DNA of 64,000 bases from Armatimonadota bacterium (GTDB lineage: Bacteria > Armatimonadota > UBA5829 > DSUL01): positions 864,001-928,000 of the forward strand of contig JBDHZC010000001.1 in the NCBI GenBank assembly GCA_039811685.1. The letters are read 5' to 3'. Below are positions 1 to 9,177 of this stretch, in pieces; within the stretch, counting starts at the first letter, position 1; each line of letters opens with the position of its first letter. Below the pieces are notes generated by a model, which was not told the origin of the DNA, did no database searches, and was given only the letters and a program-made list of their open reading frames with translations. A program made the translations under genes and the position numbers.

Positions 1-182
1 TCGAAATTCTTGACTTCTCCAGCTATACGGCTCGTGTGGCGGGATGCGTCGAACTGTTTGACTGGCTCAATGCCGGAGCGTCCGTTCACCAGACTGTCCC
101 ACATATCCTCCGTCCCAATACCTACGGGAGTGACTGCCCCGATACCGGTCGCTACTACCCTGCGCCGCGAATTCTCCGTCAT
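1..182 (-). CDS. fabF: 3-oxoacyl-ACP synthase II, 5' part (runs off window)
   Basis: Manual translation [23 protein letters not shown]...LVNGRSGI...[17 protein letters not shown]; follows acpP. Confidence 0.93.
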   Translation of the reverse strand, partial: MTENSRRRVVATGIGAVTPVGIGTEDMWDSLVNGRSGIEPVKQFDASRHTSRIAGEVKNF

Positions 183-276
183 ACCATCTCCAGTCTTTCG
201 TCGCTCTCCAACATAACCCGCACCTCGGGAGTGAGTCTCAGAACAGCGCCACTCCGGCACTCCCAGACGAACAAAT

Positions 277-311
277 GGCCGGTTGGAAGTCGTCTACGGC
301 TTCCACCGGCC
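277..311 (-). terminator. Stem-loop after acpP, probable intrinsic terminator/attenuator
   Basis: GGCCGGTTGGAAGTCGT-CT-ACGGCTTCCACCGGCC inverted repeat, followed on the minus strand by ATTTGTT. Confidence 0.55.
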
Positions 312-355
312 TGCGCACGTTCATAGCTCCAGCAAGACCGTCCGATAAACGCTCC

Positions 356-592
356 CTAGACTGCGGCCTTCTGCTCGATATAGTTGACCGCCTGTTCAAC
401 AGTCGTTATCTTCTGCGCGTCTTCGTCTGGAATCTGGATTTCGAACTCTTCTTCCAGTCCCATAACCAACTCGACCTGGTCCAGCGAGTCCGCTTTCAAA
501 TCATGCTCAAATGAGGCGGTCTCAGTGACCTGATCCTCAGAGACTTTGAGTCTCTCCACGACAACTTTCTTTACTCGATCAAATGTTGACAT
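356..592 (-). CDS. acpP: Acyl carrier protein (78 aa)
   Basis: [14 protein letters not shown] phosphopantetheine motif; true start MSTFDRV inside the longer 356..991 ORF. Confidence 0.97.
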   Translation of the reverse strand: MSTFDRVKKVVVERLKVSEDQVTETASFEHDLKADSLDQVELVMGLEEEFEIQIPDEDAQKITTVEQAVNYIEQKAAV

Positions 593-606
593 CAACCTTC
601 TCCTCG

Positions 607-1356
607 TTACATAACCAGCCCACCGTCCACGTTTATCACCTGGCCGGTTACGTAGCTGGATAATTCTCCTACCAGAAACAGCACAACTCTGGCAACATCC
701 TCGGGCGTACCCAGACGATCCAGAGGAATCTGTCCGGATACTTTTGCACGGGCATCTTCTGGCATCTCTTCGGTCATTACAGTCTGGATGAACCCCGGCG
801 CTACCGCGTTTACGTTGATTCCGCGACGCCCCAATTCCTTTGCGGTTGTCTTTGTCAGCGCAATCAGCCCGCCTTTGGAAGCGGAGTAGTTGGCCTGCCC
901 GGCGTTCCCCACCACACCCATCACGCTGGCCATGTTCACAATACGGCCCTCTCGCTGGCGAATCATGACTTTTGCTACTTCGCGCGTGCACAGAAACGCC
1001 CCTGTCAGGTTTGTTTCCAGCACGGCGTGCCAGTCCTCATCACTCATTCGCACGAGAAGCTGATCTCGCACAATCCCGGCGTTGTTGACCAGAATGTCAA
1101 TTTTTTCGAATTTCTGTTGAACCTCAGACGTCATGCGCACAACGTCTTCAGAGCTTGTGACGCTGCCCTGTAAGGCGAGAGCTTCCACGCCAAGGGCCCG
1201 CGCCTCACCGGCGACCGCTTCGGCTGCTTCCTTAACAAAATCAGCAATAGCGATATTTGCTCCCTGTTGAGCCAGTAGTACCGCGATCGAGCGCCCAATA
1301 CCCTTACCCGCACGTCCGGCGCCTGTGATGAACGCCGTTTTTCCTTTCAAACTCAA
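607..1356 (-). CDS. fabG: 3-oxoacyl-ACP reductase
   Basis: SDR motifs NNAGI and YSASK; fab operon context. Confidence 0.97.
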   Translation of the reverse strand: MSLKGKTAFITGAGRAGKGIGRSIAVLLAQQGANIAIADFVKEAAEAVAGEARALGVEALALQGSVTSSEDVVRMTSEVQQKFEKIDILVNNAGIVRDQLLVRMSDEDWHAVLETNLTGAFLCTREVAKVMIRQREGRIVNMASVMGVVGNAGQANYSASKGGLIALTKTTAKELGRRGINVNAVAPGFIQTVMTEEMPEDARAKVSGQIPLDRLGTPEDVARVVLFLVGELSSYVTGQVINVDGGLVM

Positions 1357-1388
1357 ATCGAGATACCCTCGCTTTCTCTGTCGCTGAG

Positions 1389-2342
1389 CTACGGACTGAG
1401 ACTCACAGAGGCGCTTTCTAACAGCGCTTTGACATCCTCAGCCTGATCCGTCCCGAAAACTGGCGGCGCGCCGTCCATCCGTCTGGCCATACCAGCCAGA
1501 ACTTTCCCTGGCCCGACTTCTACAATTGCATCCACATCCTCTTTCAGAATGTGAAGCATTGTCTCATGCCAGCGCACCTGCCTGACCACCTGCTCTGCCA
1601 GACGCTCGCGAACATCTTCAGAGCCCGCCGCCCTCGCCGCGGTCACATTGAGGAATACAGGTATTGACGGCGTCCCAAACGCGACCTCACTCAGACTTTT
1701 CTTCAGTATTTCAGAAGCCGAGGCCATCAACGCGCTGTGAAAACCTCCGCTCACGGGTAGCGGTACCACGCGTTTAGCGCCCGCCTGCGTGGCTGCCTGA
1801 GAAGCCATTTCAACAGCGTCCGCTTCACCAGAGATCACAATCTGCTGCGCTGAGTTGTAGTTAGCGATGCTAACAATACCTGTTTTAGACACATCGTCAC
1901 AGATTGCGCTGAGTTGCTCTGCCGACAGACCCATCACAGCCGCCATCGCTCCCGGATGAGCCAAAGCCGCTTCGTGCATTGCTTCACCGCGCACCCGCAC
2001 CAGCTTTAGCCCATCTTCAAACGAGAGAACGTCCGCTGCCACCAGAGCCGCGTACTCTCCGATGCTGTGCCCCGCACAAACGACAGGCTTGAGACCGGCA
2101 GCGCGAAGAATCTCCAGAGCCGCGATTTCTGAGACGAACAGCGCAAGTTGGGCGTTCTTCGTCTGGCGCAGAGTTTCCTCCGGCCCTTCAAAGGCCAGCG
2201 CACTCAGGCCGAAATTCAGGATTCGGTCGGCATTCTGCCACACCTCTCTGGCCGTCTCGTGCGCTTCATAGAGCGACCGTCCCATCCCCACTTTCTGTGA
2301 GCCCTGGCCCGGGAACACAAACGCTGGTTTGTTAACTGGCAC
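1389..2342 (-). CDS. fabD: Malonyl-CoA:ACP transacylase
   Basis: FPGQGSQ, GHSIGE, VSGGFHS motifs. Confidence 0.97.
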   Translation of the reverse strand: MPVNKPAFVFPGQGSQKVGMGRSLYEAHETAREVWQNADRILNFGLSALAFEGPEETLRQTKNAQLALFVSEIAALEILRAAGLKPVVCAGHSIGEYAALVAADVLSFEDGLKLVRVRGEAMHEAALAHPGAMAAVMGLSAEQLSAICDDVSKTGIVSIANYNSAQQIVISGEADAVEMASQAATQAGAKRVVPLPVSGGFHSALMASASEILKKSLSEVAFGTPSIPVFLNVTAARAAGSEDVRERLAEQVVRQVRWHETMLHILKEDVDAIVEVGPGKVLAGMARRMDGAPPVFGTDQAEDVKALLESASVSLSP

Positions 2343-2345
2343 TGG

Positions 2346-3386
2346 CTACTCCATCCTGCAAGCCGTTGCCGGCGCTGAGGGCTCAGAGGTGTGCAAGGGC
2401 GCCAGAGACCAGACAAGCACACACGAAGCCCAGGTCAGTCCAGCGCCGAAGCCAACAATCACAATGCAGTCGTCGTCCCGCAGTTTACCCTCGTGATAGG
2501 CTTCGTGCAAAGCGATGGGAATAGAACCCGCGGAGGTGTTCCCGTAGCGCTCAACATTGACGTACACTTTCTCCACCGGAATGTCGAGATGCCGCATGGC
2601 TGAGTCAATGATCCGGGTATTGGCCTGGTGCGGAATCAGCCAGTCCACGTCCCTGGAAGACAACCCACACCTGTCCAGAGCCCTCTGCGCAGACTCGCCC
2701 ATTATCTTCACTGCAAACTTGAAGACTTCTCGGCCCTCCATGCGGATGAAGTGCTGCCGCTGATTGACAGTATCCAGCGTAGCCGGATGCCGGCCACCAC
2801 CAGCGGGAATCTCCAGAAGACGCGCTCCACCGCCATCCGATCCCATGTCAAAGCCCAGAACGCCCTTACCCTCTTCTACGGGCGCCACCACCGCAGCGCC
2901 CGCTCCGTCCCCGAACAAGATGCACGTGCCTCGGTCTGTGAAGTCAGTAAACTTAGTCAGCACATCCACACCAACCACAAGGACGCGACTGTAAGCACCT
3001 GAGGACACAAACTGAGACGCAATCGTCAGAGCATACACAAAACCCGAACAGGCCGCCGCTACATCGAATGCTGCCGCGCTCCAACAGCCCAGACTCTGCT
3101 GGATGAGACACGCAGTGGAGGGAAAAAGCATGTCGGGGGAGGTGGTGGCGCAGATGATGAGGTCCACGTCTTCCGGCGCGACGTTCGCATGAGCCAGAGC
3201 TTCCTTACACGCCGCTGCCCCCAGCGACGCAGACGTCTCGTTTTCGGAGCTTACCCGGCGCTGCCGAATGCCCGTGCGTTCAAATATCCACTCGTCAGAA
3301 GTGTCAACCATCTGCTCCAGATCGAAGTTGGTCAACACCTTTGCAGGCAGAGCCTTTCCCAGGCCCACAATCCCGGCTGATCTCAC
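2346..3386 (-). CDS. fabH: 3-oxoacyl-ACP synthase III
   Basis: AACSGF, PHQAN, GNTSAGS catalytic triad motifs. Confidence 0.97.
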   Translation of the reverse strand: MRSAGIVGLGKALPAKVLTNFDLEQMVDTSDEWIFERTGIRQRRVSSENETSASLGAAACKEALAHANVAPEDVDLIICATTSPDMLFPSTACLIQQSLGCWSAAAFDVAAACSGFVYALTIASQFVSSGAYSRVLVVGVDVLTKFTDFTDRGTCILFGDGAGAAVVAPVEEGKGVLGFDMGSDGGGARLLEIPAGGGRHPATLDTVNQRQHFIRMEGREVFKFAVKIMGESAQRALDRCGLSSRDVDWLIPHQANTRIIDSAMRHLDIPVEKVYVNVERYGNTSAGSIPIALHEAYHEGKLRDDDCIVIVGFGAGLTWASCVLVWSLAPLHTSEPSAPATACRME

Positions 3387-3500
3387 TGTGCAATATCCTT
3401 ATGTCTGTCATTGGCGCGTCCATGCGCCGGAATCACCGGGCCGTGGCCCACACCCCGGCCATACCGCATCTGACTCCGATCCAACAGTAGTATCCTGCCC

Positions 3501-4565
3501 TCAGACGTGCGCCGCGTGAAGTGCCGGCTGCTCCAAAATCCGGCCAATATGCCCCAGCACATCGTTGTTGTGCGCCCTCACAGCCAGGCGGAGAGCGCTG
3601 GAGATAGACTTCGCGCGGCTGTTGCCGTGACAGACTATGCAGATACCATTGACGCCCAGCAGGGGCGCTCCGCCGACCTCTTCGCAGTCCACTTCTTTCT
3701 TGAACTGCTTGAGCCCTGGCGCCATCCCCAGAAGCATGAGTTTGTACCAGGGGTTTGCCCACAGCTTCCGCTGAGCGATCTCCTGGATCATTTTGGCCAC
3801 GCCTTCGGCCACTTTCAACACGACATTGCCAACAAAGCCATCACACACGACAACATCTGCAGCCCCCTCAAAAAGGGGGCCACCCTCAATGTTGCCGATG
3901 AAGTTCAAATCGCTCTCGCTCAGCGCTTTGTGCACGGCCTTGGTCAGTTCATTGCCTTTGGTCGGTTCGGCTCCTATGGAAAGCAGGCCCACCCGCGGAC
4001 TCTTGACGCCCATGACATCCTGGCAGTAAATGCTGCCCATCGTGGCAAACTGCATGAGGTTCTGGACGGAGCAATCGACATTGGCGCCGACGTCCACAAC
4101 CACAACCTGCCCCGAGATAGTCGGCATAACCGTTGCAATCCCCGGCCGGTCGATTCCAGCGACTCGCTTGAGAATAAGAGAAGCTACGGCCATCGTCGCA
4201 CCGGTGCTGCCAGCCGATACCATCGCATGAGCGCGACCGTCCCGGACCAGCTCAGCGCAGCGTACAAGAGAGGAGTCGCGCTTGCGCCTGATAGCAGCAG
4301 CGGGATTTTCTCCCATTTCTATGCGCTCGGGTGCGTGAACGACTTCGATAGACGCAGTGGTTCGGATTCTGCGAAGGTAGCGGCGGATGACCGGCTCATC
4401 CCCCACGAGAATCAGCCGCGCGCCCCAGCGTACAGCGCCTTCACAGGCGCCTTTCAGGATTTCTCTGGGCGCGTAGTCCCCTCCCATCGCATCCATTGCG
4501 ACGGTAACCTGATCGCCAGTAGTTAACACTTCGCTCGCTCCCGGCATCTGGTGAGCAGCTTTCAA
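3501..4565 (-). CDS. plsX: Phosphate acyltransferase (start may be ATG 4547 or later)
   Basis: DAMGGDYAP, VVCDGFVGN, GGAPLLG motifs; between rpmF and fabH. Confidence 0.96.
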   Translation of the reverse strand: MKAAHQMPGASEVLTTGDQVTVAMDAMGGDYAPREILKGACEGAVRWGARLILVGDEPVIRRYLRRIRTTASIEVVHAPERIEMGENPAAAIRRKRDSSLVRCAELVRDGRAHAMVSAGSTGATMAVASLILKRVAGIDRPGIATVMPTISGQVVVVDVGANVDCSVQNLMQFATMGSIYCQDVMGVKSPRVGLLSIGAEPTKGNELTKAVHKALSESDLNFIGNIEGGPLFEGAADVVVCDGFVGNVVLKVAEGVAKMIQEIAQRKLWANPWYKLMLLGMAPGLKQFKKEVDCEEVGGAPLLGVNGICIVCHGNSRAKSISSALRLAVRAHNNDVLGHIGRILEQPALHAAHV

Positions 4566-4640
4566 ATAGACTCGAATCTGTTCCTGTTCGCGTGAATCAC
4601 TCTACAGAGTCACGATACACGCTGACAACGCAAGCTCCGG

Positions 4641-4835
4641 TTACTCCTGCCTGGTTCGCTTGGACTCCGGTATAACGAGCCGGCGCCGATACTGTCCGCA
4701 CGACTTGCAGGCTGTATGCGCGACGGTCGGAGCGCCGCAGCTCGGGCAGCTCACAATCGCCGGCGGCGTCAGCTTGTAGTGTGTGCGCCGCTTGTCGCGG
4801 CGTGTCTTCGAATGTCTTCTCTTAGGAAGTGGCAA
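4641..4835 (-). CDS. rpmF: 50S ribosomal protein L32 (Zn-ribbon type)
   Basis: PKRRHSKTRRDKRR, CxxC...CxxC; DUF177-rpmF-plsX synteny. Confidence 0.97.
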   Translation of the reverse strand: MPLPKRRHSKTRRDKRRTHYKLTPPAIVSCPSCGAPTVAHTACKSCGQYRRRLVIPESKRTRQE

Positions 4836-5053
4836 TGTCTGTCTCCAACAAGAACGGTTGATAGCAGGCGGTATCGGCCACGAAGCCTGCGCCGTTCGTC
4901 CTTTCCATACAGGGCCTGTCGCGCCCCTACGAAAGTGTCACTCAGTCAACAACTTACCCTGCGCAGCACGCAGTTTATCAGAAACTGGATAGGCTCTGTC
5001 AAATCACAGCGCGCAGACGCGCGGCAGCAAGCGCCGCCGACCGGCATGTTTGC

Positions 5054-5623
5054 CTAAGACTTCCAGTTCTGCAACGCCTCATAGAAGGGGTGCCGCTCCG
5101 CGTCCGCTTCCCCTGAGCACCCGCAGTCGCCCTCATTCAGATTGCGCCCGCACTGAGAACACAGCCCTCGGCAGTCTGCTTTACACAATACAGCCAGAGG
5201 AGCATTCACCAGGAGATTTTGACGAATCAACTCAGTTAGATCCAGGGTGTTTTCCTGGAATACGACATCGGCCATATCCAGGTCCCCATCAACCATCAGG
5301 TCGTCATCTTCCAGAGCTTCGTCGAACTTGCCTGACCCCGCCAGTGGATGCAGCGGAAACTGTTCCTCTATCTGCAGATCGGCCTGCCATGGAAAGCGTG
5401 TCAAGCAGCGAACACACTCCATTTCTGTCGAAGTGGATATCTTCCCACGAGCGAGCAGTAACCGACCCGTGTTCGAAAAAGTCAGCTTTCCGAGAACCGG
5501 ACTGCGGAGATTGATTTCTGAGGCGGCGAGACCAGTCGCGATGTCATCCGACGCTTCATCGTCAACCTCATAAGTATAATTCATTCCCAGGGAATGTGCA
5601 ATTTCCGTCAGATCGAGCTTCAT
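5054..5623 (-). CDS. yceD: DUF177/YceD family protein
   Basis: CVRCL and LCKADCRGLCSQCGRNLN motifs; upstream of rpmF. Confidence 0.93.
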   Translation of the reverse strand: MKLDLTEIAHSLGMNYTYEVDDEASDDIATGLAASEINLRSPVLGKLTFSNTGRLLLARGKISTSTEMECVRCLTRFPWQADLQIEEQFPLHPLAGSGKFDEALEDDDLMVDGDLDMADVVFQENTLDLTELIRQNLLVNAPLAVLCKADCRGLCSQCGRNLNEGDCGCSGEADAERHPFYEALQNWKS

Positions 5624-5734
5624 TGTGTTAGCGTTCCAGTGCAAACCTTAAACATATCTGGACATTATGCCGCACTAAACATCCAGCTCGAGGTTAACGC
5701 AAGAGGGTCTCTGCCTGCTCACAAAAGCAATATA

Positions 5735-6943
5735 TCACCCGCCCACAAGCGCCTCTGCGGCAAGCCTGGCTGTCTCCCGCGCGATGACCAGCTCTTCATT
5801 GGTTGGAATAACCATTATACGCGCCCGGCTGCCGGGCCGACTGATGTCGCGTTCGCCGCGAACCCGGTCTTGATTGAGCTCATCGTCCAGTTCAACGCCG
5901 AGAAACTCCAGACCGTCACAGCATTTTGCCCGAACGACAGAGCTGTTCTCGCCAATGCCACCCGTAAATACGACAGCGTCCAGGCCACCCATCTCCGCAG
6001 CATATGCCCCAATGTATTTTCGCACCCGGTGACAGAAAACGTCGACTGCCAGTTTGGCGCGCTCATGGCCCTGCGCCGCCAGATCAGTGAGATCGCGCAT
6101 GTCGTTAGACTCACCAGAGAGTCCCTGCAGCCCACTCTCTTTGTTGATAAGCTCATCGATGCGCTCCGGACCCCAGCCCTGAGTTTCCATCAGAAAAGTG
6201 AGCACAGCCGGATCGATATCGCCGCAGCGCGTTCCCATCACCAGCCCTTCGGCGGGCGTCATGCCCATAGAGGTGTCCACCGCAACGCCGTCACGCACAG
6301 CCGTCATGCTGCAGCCATTTCCAAGGTGACAGGTGACGATCCGCGAGGGCGCAGCGCGCCCCAGGAGATCAATAGCGCGCGCGCTCACATACTGGTGAGA
6401 TGTTCCGTGAAAGCCGTAGCGCCGCACTTTGAGATCGGTGTACAAGTGGTAGGGCAAAGCATACATATAAGATACGGGAGGCATTGTTGAGTGAAAGGCT
6501 GTGTCGAAAACCGCTATTTGCGCAGCAGAGGGAAGCCTTTCAAAACACGCCCGGATACCGGTGACATTTGCGGGATTGTGCAATGGCGCCAGGTGTGAGA
6601 GACCGTGCAGCTCTTCCAGGATTTCAGGCGTCAGGCGCACGGACCGTGTGAAACTCTCGCCTCCGTGGACCACCCGATGCCCGACCGCATCTATCTGATC
6701 GATACTCTCCAGAGTCCCTTCCAGCAACAGATCGAAGACACAGTCGAGAGCTTCACGATGCCCGGAAAACGGCTGTTCCAGAACGTGTTCAGCGCCACCG
6801 GTAGGGCGATTGACGAGCCTGCCCACCTGAGAAGGTTGCCCCACGCGCTCAGCCAGCCCCGTCGCAAGCACCTTCTCCGAGCGCATGTCAAAGAGTTGGT
6901 ACTTCAGAGAAGAAGAACCGCTGTTAAGAACGAATATGATCAT
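5735..6943 (-). CDS. ackA: Acetate kinase
   Basis: NSGSSSLK, GHRVVHGG, HLGNG, FTGGIGEN, TNEE. Confidence 0.97.
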   Translation of the reverse strand: MIIFVLNSGSSSLKYQLFDMRSEKVLATGLAERVGQPSQVGRLVNRPTGGAEHVLEQPFSGHREALDCVFDLLLEGTLESIDQIDAVGHRVVHGGESFTRSVRLTPEILEELHGLSHLAPLHNPANVTGIRACFERLPSAAQIAVFDTAFHSTMPPVSYMYALPYHLYTDLKVRRYGFHGTSHQYVSARAIDLLGRAAPSRIVTCHLGNGCSMTAVRDGVAVDTSMGMTPAEGLVMGTRCGDIDPAVLTFLMETQGWGPERIDELINKESGLQGLSGESNDMRDLTDLAAQGHERAKLAVDVFCHRVRKYIGAYAAEMGGLDAVVFTGGIGENSSVVRAKCCDGLEFLGVELDDELNQDRVRGERDISRPGSRARIMVIPTNEELVIARETARLAAEALVGG

Positions 6944-7039
6944 TTCTACTCCGCCAGGACGACCGCCGCCATCGGTCATTGAGGGCAAGTCCTAATCAGC
7001 TTGCGCCAACACTGGCGAGCATACAATGCAACAAAGCGC

Positions 7040-8083
7040 CTAAGACGCAACAGAAGGGGCGTGCGCAACGGAGTCTTCCGCCTGACACGCCGTGATCGCC
7101 ACCATCTGCACAATATCACTGGCCGAGCAGCCTCGGGACAGATCGTTCACGGGGCGCGCCACTCCCTGCAAAATCGGCCCGAGCGCTGTGGCTTTGGCAA
7201 GGCGCTCAGTCAGCTTGTAGGCTATGTTACCAGCGGCCAAATTCGGAAAGATCAGCACATTGGCCTTGCCGCCGACTGGACTGCCCGGCGCCTTCTTTCC
7301 CGCAACCCATGGCACAAGCGCGGCGTCCGCCTGCAACTCTCCGTCTATGAGAAGATCCGGCTCCCGCTCCCGCACAATAGCCGTGGCATGGGCGACTTTG
7401 GTCGGCCACTCATGCTGGGCGCTTCCCTTGGTGCTGAAGCTCAACATTGCGATGCGTGGATCCGGCCCCACTAACTGCCTGAACGAACGCGCGGCGCTGA
7501 TAGCGATTTCGGCAAGCTGCCGCTCGTCAGGATCAATCACAAGCCCGCAGTCCGCATATATCAGAGCTCCATTGACGCCAAACGACGTATCCGGAAGCAG
7601 CATCAGAAAACAGCTTGAGACAAGTGAGAAACCCGGAGCGGTTTTCAGGACCTGCAAGGCAGGACGCACGATGTCGGCAGTGGCATGGGTCGCGCCGGAG
7701 ACCAGCCCATCCGCATCCCCTGCCTTTATGGCCAGTACAGGATAGTAGAGGTTCTTTCCAGCAAGTCGCAGGGCCTCTTCCCGCTCCATACCCTTGTGCT
7801 GACGAAGCTGGTAGAGAAGCTCAGCATAGCGCGCCGTGCTCTCGGAGGTTGCTGGATCGATTATTTCGATGTCACCTGTGCTGCCACCCAGGCTTCGGAT
7901 CTGAGCTGCAACAACATCCGGTTCGCCCAGAACAACCAGGCGAGCCAAGCCCTGGCGCGCCACCTCTACGGCAGCCTGGGCAATGCGCTCATCGCCCCCT
8001 TCTGCCAGAATAATACGCCGCTGGAGCGCCCGGGCCTTCTCAAAGAGACAGTCGAGTACTGTTGGTTTTATCGCTGTAGTCAC
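7040..8083 (-). CDS. pta: Phosphate acetyltransferase (short form)
   Basis: [29 protein letters not shown]; adjacent to ackA. Confidence 0.96.
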   Translation of the reverse strand: MTTAIKPTVLDCLFEKARALQRRIILAEGGDERIAQAAVEVARQGLARLVVLGEPDVVAAQIRSLGGSTGDIEIIDPATSESTARYAELLYQLRQHKGMEREEALRLAGKNLYYPVLAIKAGDADGLVSGATHATADIVRPALQVLKTAPGFSLVSSCFLMLLPDTSFGVNGALIYADCGLVIDPDERQLAEIAISAARSFRQLVGPDPRIAMLSFSTKGSAQHEWPTKVAHATAIVREREPDLLIDGELQADAALVPWVAGKKAPGSPVGGKANVLIFPNLAAGNIAYKLTERLAKATALGPILQGVARPVNDLSRGCSASDIVQMVAITACQAEDSVAHAPSVAS

Positions 8084-8643
8084 GGCTTCACAGCGCGGAC
8101 ATCCTTATGATCGAGTTTTTGGCGACCACGGTCTATTGTGCCCATTATTCTCCCCAGAAAGGCATCAAGGCTCGCCAGAACCTCTTTTGCATACTGATCA
8201 GCCCCAAACCGAATCTCGGCAGCCCGCTTCTCGGCAGCCTCAACAACACGGAGAGCTTCGGCGTTTGCCTGGCGCGTTACTTCACTCTGAGAAACCATCT
8301 GCTGAGCGCGCTCACGGGCGTCCTGCAGATAACGATCGGCCTCCTGTCTCACACTGTCCATCGTCTGGCGCACTTCGTCTTTGGTCTCTTCCAGGAGCTT
8401 TTCGCTGTCGCGAGACATGCGGTTGGCGCGCTTGAGATCCTCGGGAAGAAAAGCGCGAATCTTGTTGGTATAGACGAAGAATTCATCTGCGTTGACCCAC
8501 ATCGCTCTGCCAAAGATTTGCATGGAATCTTCGACAAGCTGCTCCAGTCTGTCCAGCAGCTTGATGATGTCCACTGGCGTCGCCGAGTCCCGGTTCAGTC
8601 CGGACGACGGCAAGCCCGTTACCACGTGATGTTGATCGATCAT
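8080..8643 (-). CDS. Conserved coiled-coil protein (DivIVA / ATP synthase subunit b-like family found after coaD)
   Basis: Helical E/R/A-rich sequence, LPEDLKRA and GADQYA motifs; ATGA overlap with coaD. Confidence 0.8.
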   Translation of the reverse strand: MIDQHHVVTGLPSSGLNRDSATPVDIIKLLDRLEQLVEDSMQIFGRAMWVNADEFFVYTNKIRAFLPEDLKRANRMSRDSEKLLEETKDEVRQTMDSVRQEADRYLQDARERAQQMVSQSEVTRQANAEALRVVEAAEKRAAEIRFGADQYAKEVLASLDAFLGRIMGTIDRGRQKLDHKDVRAVKP

Positions 8644-9143
8644 TCTCGCTCTCCTAAGGCAATCTCGGTCTGCAATTTTTTGATCAGGAAGTCCTCCACA
8701 ACTCCCGGCACCAACCCCTTTACGCTTCCACCCAGCGCCGCAATCTCCTTCACGATACTGGAGCTAAGATAGGAGTGTTCGGTTGTTGTCATCATAAAGA
8801 CCGTGTGAACCTCCGGGGCGAGGCGGCGGTTCATCTGAGCCATCTGCAGTTCAAACTCAAAATCCGACACAGCGCGCAACCCCTTGACAATGGCACGGGC
8901 GCCGTGGGCCAAGGCGTAGTTTACCAGAAGTCCGGAGAAGCAGTCCACAGATACATTTGAAAAAGATTCACAGACTTTTCTGAGCAGGCTCAGACGCTCT
9001 TGGGTGGTGAAAAGAGGATTCTTCTGCGTGTTGGGAGCGACAGCCACAATGACTTTGTCAAAAAGATGGGCGGCCCGCTCGATAATGTCCAGATGTCCGC
9101 TGGTTACGGGATCGAAGCTGCCGGGATAGACTGCTGTTGTCAT
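8640..9143 (-). CDS. coaD: Pantetheine-phosphate adenylyltransferase
   Basis: YPGSFDPVTSGH, KGLRAVSDFE, SSSIVKE. Confidence 0.97.
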   Translation of the reverse strand: MTTAVYPGSFDPVTSGHLDIIERAAHLFDKVIVAVAPNTQKNPLFTTQERLSLLRKVCESFSNVSVDCFSGLLVNYALAHGARAIVKGLRAVSDFEFELQMAQMNRRLAPEVHTVFMMTTTEHSYLSSSIVKEIAALGGSVKGLVPGVVEDFLIKKLQTEIALGERE

Positions 9144-9177
9144 GGCAATGGCTCCTGTTCCTCTGTATGTTTGCGCA

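Noticed and set aside
593..991. Apparent 133-aa N-terminal extension of AcpP
   Set aside because: It overlaps fabG in another frame; the real start at 592 has its own RBS.
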